A DNA stretch of 61,428 nt, counting the filler, from Platydemus manokwari (taxonomy: Eukaryota), in assembly GCA_037951405.1 (NCBI GenBank). It is 4 parts of 4 records of this genome, joined end to end, with 100 filler letters (N's around TTAATTAATTAA, not from the genome) between each part and the next. Parts side by side here need not be neighbours in the genome. Positions count along the whole stretch, not along the records: positions 51,287 to 61,428 come from JBBMOY011146438.1; 3 more parts are not named here. The stretch is one strand, 5' to 3'. This document shows positions 54,098-61,428 of the stretch, piece after piece. A program made the translations under genes and the position numbers. The notes beneath the pieces were generated by a model that did no database searches, had not been told where the DNA came from, and worked only from the letters and a program-made list of their open reading frames with translations. The first letter of the stretch is position 1. Each line of letters begins with the position of its first letter.

Positions 54098-55609
54098 CGA
54101 TACCACAGAAATAATGATCTATAATTGATAAATACACTTAATGAATGTGTTATCCACCATGTTTCACATCAAACAAATTTAGACACCTACATTGTCTTAG
54201 AAATAGAGTCTGGTCAAAATTTTCTGCATGATTTTTATCCAATAATCGTCGAGATATTATTTTCATCAAGTACAGCTTAGTATTCTAAATTGTTATTGTC
54301 CTTACGTAATTAACGGGAGAAAAAACCCCACGGGTTATGAATGAGTATGCCTTATGAAATAATTAACGAAAATATTTTTGATCGTTGATCAAAAATAATT
54401 TTTTCGACATTGAATAATAATAAATCATTTATTCTCGTTGAATCAACAATATTTCAAGCATAAACCATTCTATATTCTGCATATTCTTTTCTTGAGGCAA
54501 AATTCAACTGGTGGGCAAGACGAAGAAGAAAAGCAATAAATATCGAAGAGAACACTAATGAGTTTAAATTTATTTCATTTTCTTTTCTTCTACATTTCAT
54601 GACTAATCAATTTATTTTCTGATTCTTGCCATTGATAAATTGTGATCAATAAAAATAATACCCGTTTACGCCAGCTCAGTAATTCAGAATTTTTTTTTGG
54701 AAAAAACTTATTAACAACAATTAAAAATTTAATTCGGGAAAAAAATTGTCTGGCTTTATTACCGAAATTTCACCCATATATTTATTTATTATCTCGAATG
54801 GAAAAATTCTCCAGTCCCAAATCAACAAATGATGTTACTAAAAATATCCGCCAATTAAATTGTAACTGTACATTTGCTTGTGATGGGAAATAAAAGAAAA
54901 TATACCAGCTAAGTTGTGAGTGTATGTAAACGATATTTGATGCCAATTATAGGAATACATAGCATAAAAATTCAAACAGAATAGTCTAACCTTTTTTCAT
55001 ATTAATATTTGGCGAAGATCGATATGAAAAATTTTCTGTAAAATGAGAAACATATAATCATTATAAATTATAAACAACTAAACAAAATTAAAATTTATTT
55101 CAACAGCATGCATCGAAAAATATGGAAAATCCAATCAAAAAAAATTAATTATTAATAAAATCAATACATAATTATAACCGAGATATAAGTGTTGGCATTT
55201 CTAGGAGAAGAAATATCACTTTACAACTTGTTAAATCAAGGTGCATAATATAAGAAAATGTATACAAAGCCAAATTTGAAATCGACTGTAATTATATATA
55301 CATATAAGAATTTTTCAAATAGTTTGCTTTATAATTGGAATGGGTTTTTAACTCAAATAATGATTCCAAACGGATAAAATATTGAATTCAATGCCGATAT
55401 TGAATGAAGCGGTACATTAAGCAGATTTGAAATTTAAGCCAAAAATATCTTTCAAATATGGTACCAATTATTGATAATAACAACAAACAATCAAGGTTTC
55501 TTAGACATGTTTTTTCTTGATTTTTCAGTTTTTTTTTATTTCTAAACGATAAACTTGTCATGTAACAAACTTGTTTGAACGATTTCTGACAAAATTTATA
55601 ATTAATCTT

Positions 55610-56210
55610 GTGATCATTATTATTATTTTCATTATTATCATAAATATTATCACTATTATTATAATATAGTTATAATTATTATTACCATAAATAATATTGA
55701 TATCACCATTATTATTACTATCTTATCATTATTATCATTGCTGTATTATTTCCATTATCAATATTATCATATTATTATAAATATTTCTAATACTATAAAT
55801 ATTATCGCTATTATTATATAGTTATAATTATTATTACCATATATAATATATTGATATTATCGTTATTACTACTATATTATTATCAATATTATTACTATTA
55901 TTTTCATTATTACTATAAAAATTATTGCTATTATTATATAGTTATAATTATTATCACCATAAATAATATTGATATTATCATTATTAGCATTATATTGTTA
56001 TCATTAATATTATTATTATTACTTTTATTATTATTATAAATATTATTATTACCAATATCTCTATTACTATGAGCATTATCGCTATTATAACTATTTTTAT
56101 TACTATTATATAGTTATAATTAATATTACCATAAATAGCAATGGTATCATTATGATTATCATTATTATTACCATAATTTTATAATAATTATTAATAATTT
56201 TATTATATGC
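55610..56210. repeat. Degenerate (ATT)n tract with ~120-170-bp higher-order unit
   Basis: ATATAGTTATAATTA.TAT.ACCATA recurs near 55665, 55816, 55935 and 56108. Confidence 0.8.
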
Positions 56211-57407
56211 TTGGAACTATAATATATTTTCCCATATTGATAGATAATATAAAAATATAACTGAATTATTTATCATCTTGTGCTCAATTAATATTAACCA
56301 CTGGCTAATTTTCCATAATTCTAATTATATTTAAAAATAGTAGATATTAGGTGAAACTTTTAGTAGTAATGAGATTATGTTAAACATTCAACCAGTCACT
56401 ATTGAAACACAACATAAATTAATAAAGGGAAAATTGGACAACATTTGAATAATAATGATTTAATTAATCCCCACATCAAGATATAACTTCAAACGATCCA
56501 TCTCACAATAGACGCTACGTATAAGAAAAGGAATTGGACAATAATAACAATGAAAGTAGAAATAATAATTATTATTATATTAATCATAATGATAATAATA
56601 ATTGGTATTGTGAACATTGTTTACATAAATTTTCAAAACAACTTGTTAAAAATGGTAATTTTAATTAATCGGAGTTCACGGGTTCAATATGAGTTACAAA
56701 AATTCATATCAGTAAATGAATTATCTTAAAAATAATACCATTGTGAATAATATGTCGATAACACTTATAAGAGTCTTATAATTTGATGATTAAACCATTG
56801 AAAATTCGAACGTGTATTCCACAAACAGACTGGTTTCATGATTTTTACACCTCATACCTTTATCCCACATTTCACTACTCACTACTGGATTTTGAAACAG
56901 AATGATCTTACTTCATTTCATTATTTATCATTGGGCTGTTGGATTTTGTTGTAATCATATTTTGGTACCACACCAGCATATTTTTTCCATAATCAATAAT
57001 CAATATGGAAATTAGATAATGGGAAATCTGGACTCAAATCTCGGTGTTACAGAATTTTCGTTTTAATTTAATTATCAAATCACAAAGTAAAAAATGCAAA
57101 TCAGACAGAAATATTCAATGCTGTCTTGATTTTGAAAAAAATCACGTGATAATTCTTTCAGTTCATAGAAATAACGATGGCGTTACAGAAATTTAAGAAA
57201 AAAATTTTAGACATTGGTAATCGCAAATACTTATGCCGGTTCATTTTAATTAACAAAAAAACATCAACGGTTTAGATTCCTAATTTTGATTTATTTTAAA
57301 CAATTTTAAGATACATTTCCCGTAAAATTGTCTAGATTACAATGGATATGCAATTGGCACTAAGGCAGCATTCTTGGAGAAATTTGTTGAAATAATTTAT
57401 TTGTTGT

Positions 57408-58671
57408 TTAGTTTTTCCAATTTTGAATGATTGGGATCCATTTTCTATCATTAGAGAATGAGACACAGAAATCATTATCGATATCAAAAAACCATTGGAA
57501 AAACTCAAAAAATAGTTGACCTCGAAATGTCAAAAGTAAATCAGTGTTCAAGTGATTGATTAATCCTCTCATAGAAATACTTAATTGTTTGCTTGTGTTT
57601 TGATGTAAATATCCAATTGAAACAATTCGATTATGGATTTGTGTCAACCAGGCATCGATTGGCCTGGGAGAGAAAAAAATGCAAGAGATAAATAAATTTG
57701 TGATTGATTTGTTTTCAATGACGAAAAGGGTATTATGAAAATTTTAACACTTACATTTCCATGATTTCCAGTGATATGAGATATCTTTTATTCATTTCTG
57801 CTTGTATATTTCTACAAGGTTTAAGAAACATTGTTGGTGACAGAACAAATAACATTAGATCATTCTCTAGAAAACACTTTACTGGGCATAAAATTCATAA
57901 TCTTAAAGAATGAACAAGTCATTGAGCAGTTTATTTTATACTTAAAAAATGTAATGAGTTCAACCCATATGATTTATATTATGATATAATTTTAAAATTG
58001 ATTTATCGATTAATTTTTAAATAATTTGTAATATTATTTATGGAATGATAATATATCTTCTTAAATATTAGTCGTTAATATTAACGTTAATCGAATGCTT
58101 TCCATAAAAGTTCAAAGTAAAAGCATTCTTCTATGTCATAGTATTGAGACAAATTATCTCGCTATTTTTGTAATCTTATGAAACTACTTATATAAATATT
58201 GATATTAACAGGCTTTATCTGTTAATAAAACTGTGTCTTCGACATTTTAAAACATTTTCTGAGTGGATTGTATTTTTAAAACATCTTTCAATCTATTTGT
58301 CTTTAATATTTACATACGTATATCAATCGAGTTTATTAAAAAACTAATTCAAATTTAATTAAAAATTTAAAAACAATCAATAAGACATTTTAGATAACCA
58401 GCAACAAAAAGTCGAAATTGAATACATCTCCAACTGTTTTTTTTTAAATCATCAATCAATCATAAATTCAACCAATCAAAATTTACCATTATTAACATTA
58501 TTAAAGTGATTTTATTAAGCATTTCTAAAGTCGAAATTTTAAAATTTCTCAGCGATACTAATCAAAACAAGAAAATCAATTTTCGGTTACGAAGATGTTG
58601 AGAGTAGAAACAGATCTAATAATGCAGAATCTCATACCAAGACATTTATCCGCCAAAACATTTAATTCGTC
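57408..58671 (-). CDS. 3' exons of an unidentified spliced gene (58638-58671, 57755-57866, 57408-57663)
   Basis: Three segments with GT-AG ends and compatible phases join to DELNVLADKCLENDLMLFVLSPTMFLKPCRNIQAEMNKRYLISLEIMEMPIDAWLTQIHNR...IIQNWKN*. No family recognised; upstream exons unresolved. Confidence 0.5.
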
Positions 58672-59949
58672 CTAAATGCATTTCATGCAACTTGTAATAA
58701 ATTGTAACATAATGGATTGTCGTTGCATGTAAATATGCAATCGATATAATTTATAGATATCTGTCATAATTTCAACCCACAATGAGCCATCTCATTGACA
58801 ATATATATAACAGAAAATATATCCTGCTTAAAATCGATAATTTATTATTATGTAAATAAGAAAGAAATTATTTTTCTCATCAAGTTTCAATAAAAATCAA
58901 TTATTAGTTGGAATTGGTAATTTATTGACAACAATGTCTCCATTGTTTGAGTGATTTCGTTAATATTTTATCAATGTCACCTGAAATTCCCTTTATACAG
59001 TTTCATCTTCAATGAAAACGAATCTTTCTTCAGAATATTATCATTTAAATTTAACTCTTCGAACATTTTGCTTTAAATTTTATCCAATAGAATCGAATTT
59101 ATAATGGCCATTGCATAATGAAACTCAAAAACAATTACAAGTCGTACTCAAGGTAGATCTGGCGCGAAGTCGGTGTTTTCCCCGTTTAATTACTCAGTAT
59201 AATTACTCTATAATCAATATTGTTAATAATACATAGAAATTTGAGCTACAGCCAAATTTATTTTAGAATTTAAACGAAATAGAAATGAATGATAACAGTG
59301 AATCTATTGGATGACAAAATGATGTTGTTCATTTCATACTATGTCTAGAATGTAATAAATAATAATAAATTATGGCAAAGCTTAAGTATTACTCGATTCT
59401 GTTGTTATTGTCAATTCACTCAACAAATATATCATGCCACTAACAATATTTCACAGAATTTCGATTGATAAATTTCAAAACGAATCGATTGTATCTGTTT
59501 TATGATTCAAAACAACCAGACATATATACATTTGTCATCATTCAAATATCTCCATTCATTGGAAATTCAATGTTTGAACTTAAGAAAATCGAAAAATCGA
59601 AAGACATTGAAAAATATGATGGGAAATTAAATGTCACAAATGATAACGATCACATTAACTAATGAGTTGAGAAATGTTACACCAATCGTAAAGATGGCTG
59701 ATAAAACTGTCGGATTTTATTATCCCAACTACTAAGAGAAAGATTTGTTGCTTGAGATAATTGACATTGTTTATTCTCAAAATACAAAATGACATTTCGT
59801 GATGTATTTCTTTTAGAGAGCGTTCAATTTGTCTTGTATTGATTTCCAATATCAAAATGACGACTGTTCGGTTTATATATATATAATTACCATTTTAATC
59901 AGAAATTTTTAAGGTTATCTCACTAATAGATTTGCGAAAAATCGAAAAT

Positions 59950-60420
59950 TAAATAACTTGATTTACTTCCTTAATATTTAAATAATCAGGAGGAACACTA
60001 TTAACTGTAAAATTATAAATTCTATTTCTTCTTTCTCCAGATACATAATTTTCATCAGCTATTGAACATTCAACATTTATTCATGTAAGCTCAGAGATAT
60101 TTATTTTATTTTCTGATAAATGAGGTCCAGGAGCATATGACTTATTCTTATCAAATCCTAATACAAATCCTAAAGCAATAAATTCTATATTCCCTTTTAC
60201 AATTAGTTTACATTTTAATGTTGCTTTATAAGGTTCTATTATTGCATTATAAATAGAGTTGTTATTGCTATCTACTTGAATAACATCATTAATTTTATAT
60301 AAAGCCTAACACCTCTTTTGTATCACTTCATTTATATCCGGAATTTCTCTAGCACCTGGTGGAAGTTTATAACTTTTTCTACTATCTCTAAACTTGTTAT
60401 TATTTCTGGTAATGCTGCCA
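59950..60420 (-). mobile_element. Decayed non-LTR (LINE) ORF2 fragment
   Basis: NKSYAPGPH at ~60120-60150 resembles the KAPGPDG motif that precedes LINE RT; no open frame. Confidence 0.35.
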
Positions 60421-61428
60421 AAAATTAAGTGAAATAATAAATATTATATTTTAAAAATATAGCGCAGTAATAATATATATACATATATACGTGTGTGTGC
60501 ATTAAGAACAAAATTAATTATTCGACATGCCGAATCACATAAAGATTAACAATTCTATTAGTATCCTATGAGATGGCTAAAATCCAGAAATTAAAGCGTC
60601 ACTCAATAATTTAAAAAATGACCAATATTGATATTGAAAAATCATTATAAATAACAATACATTGTATTTATTCTTCCCAAAAATGGTCATGGATTACTCC
60701 GATTTTTCATGCATTTATATTTTATAATCAATCCTAAATTTCATTCGATATTCAATACTGAACTACTCAAAACATAACTATGGACAGAAATGTTCATGAA
60801 AAATTCATAATCTGATGTCATAATCGATATATTGGAACAATTATTTTTCTACACAATAAATGGATTTATTGATCATGATTCTAATGACAATTATATGAAG
60901 CATAAAATTTGTAAAATTAGTCCATGTGTATTAATATCATCTTTTGAAACACATCTCAATATACATGGCTTTATTTTATAGGTTATTTAAATATTTTTCA
61001 ATATCATCTGGTAAATGTACAATTCGATCATATATTTCTTCATCTAAACTTAACAGAAGGATAATCGAATAAGTACAACAACGTTTTGCTGTAGAAATAA
61101 GGTATTTATTATTTATTTATAATTTTATTAGATTTATCGGAAATCGTTAAAATGCCGTTTAAGTCGGCTACAAATTAGGTACCATTCAACGGTTTATTTT
61201 AAAGATACTTGGTAGGGATCCTGGTAAAGAATTCATCAAGTTAATAAGGGAACTACATACTTGGAACAGGAACTCAATCACAACTGGTGATCAAATTACC
61301 GGTGTAAATGATAATGAAGTCAGATAGTGGCCAATTTATGGATTCGAACCAAAAGCTGAGAAGAAAAAGTGAAAAATAACACAAATATGTTATCATTAAA
61401 TCATCATATAAAAGTTCAATAATTTATT

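Noticed and set aside
54950-55520. Penelope-like RT remnant (FLD word); similarly a VFDRVS word at ~45225
   Set aside because: Too degraded to support beyond a single motif.
57408-59860. 5' exons of RTEL1 continuing past the gap
   Set aside because: Different contig, no helicase motifs, and the gene has its own stop codon at 57408.

Overview
AT-rich animal genomic DNA with short (~45-70 nt) GT-AG introns. A triclad/planarian flatworm is my best inference (mariner ends, cob-nad4L-like adjacency), but this is unproven. The window is four contigs joined by artificial 100-nt N44-TTAATTAATTAA-N44 linkers (13982, 33629, 51187), so adjacency across gaps means nothing. Contig 1 holds a decayed Ty3/gypsy-like gag (PBS, CCHC knuckle, an unexpected ubiquitin-like segment) and an OATP4/SLCO4-like transporter gene. 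Contig 2 holds a mariner end, a Polinton-type pPolB fossil and the main feature: a ~17.7-kb, ~30-exon minus-strand gene for a ~4,000-aa secreted protein. Its architecture is signal-like N-terminus, VWD-C8-TIL, 2 ShK, roughly 75 highly cationic ~45-aa Cys-rich modules of two often alternating types, 2 ShK and a Cys-rich tail. It is a candidate adhesive/mucus/matrix protein built by phase-1 exon duplication. Contig 3 holds TE debris, a scrambled and very degenerate mitochondrial-like mosaic (atp6/cox3/rrnL/nad4L/cob-like pieces) and the 3' half of RTEL1 (helicase C-terminus, one harmonin-N-like domain, C3HC4 RING). Contig 4 holds a mariner 3' end, a perfect RFX X-box, repeats and the 3' exons of an unidentified gene. 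No CRISPR or prokaryotic system is present. All calls are by-eye motif recognition; exon counts and lengths are manual estimates.
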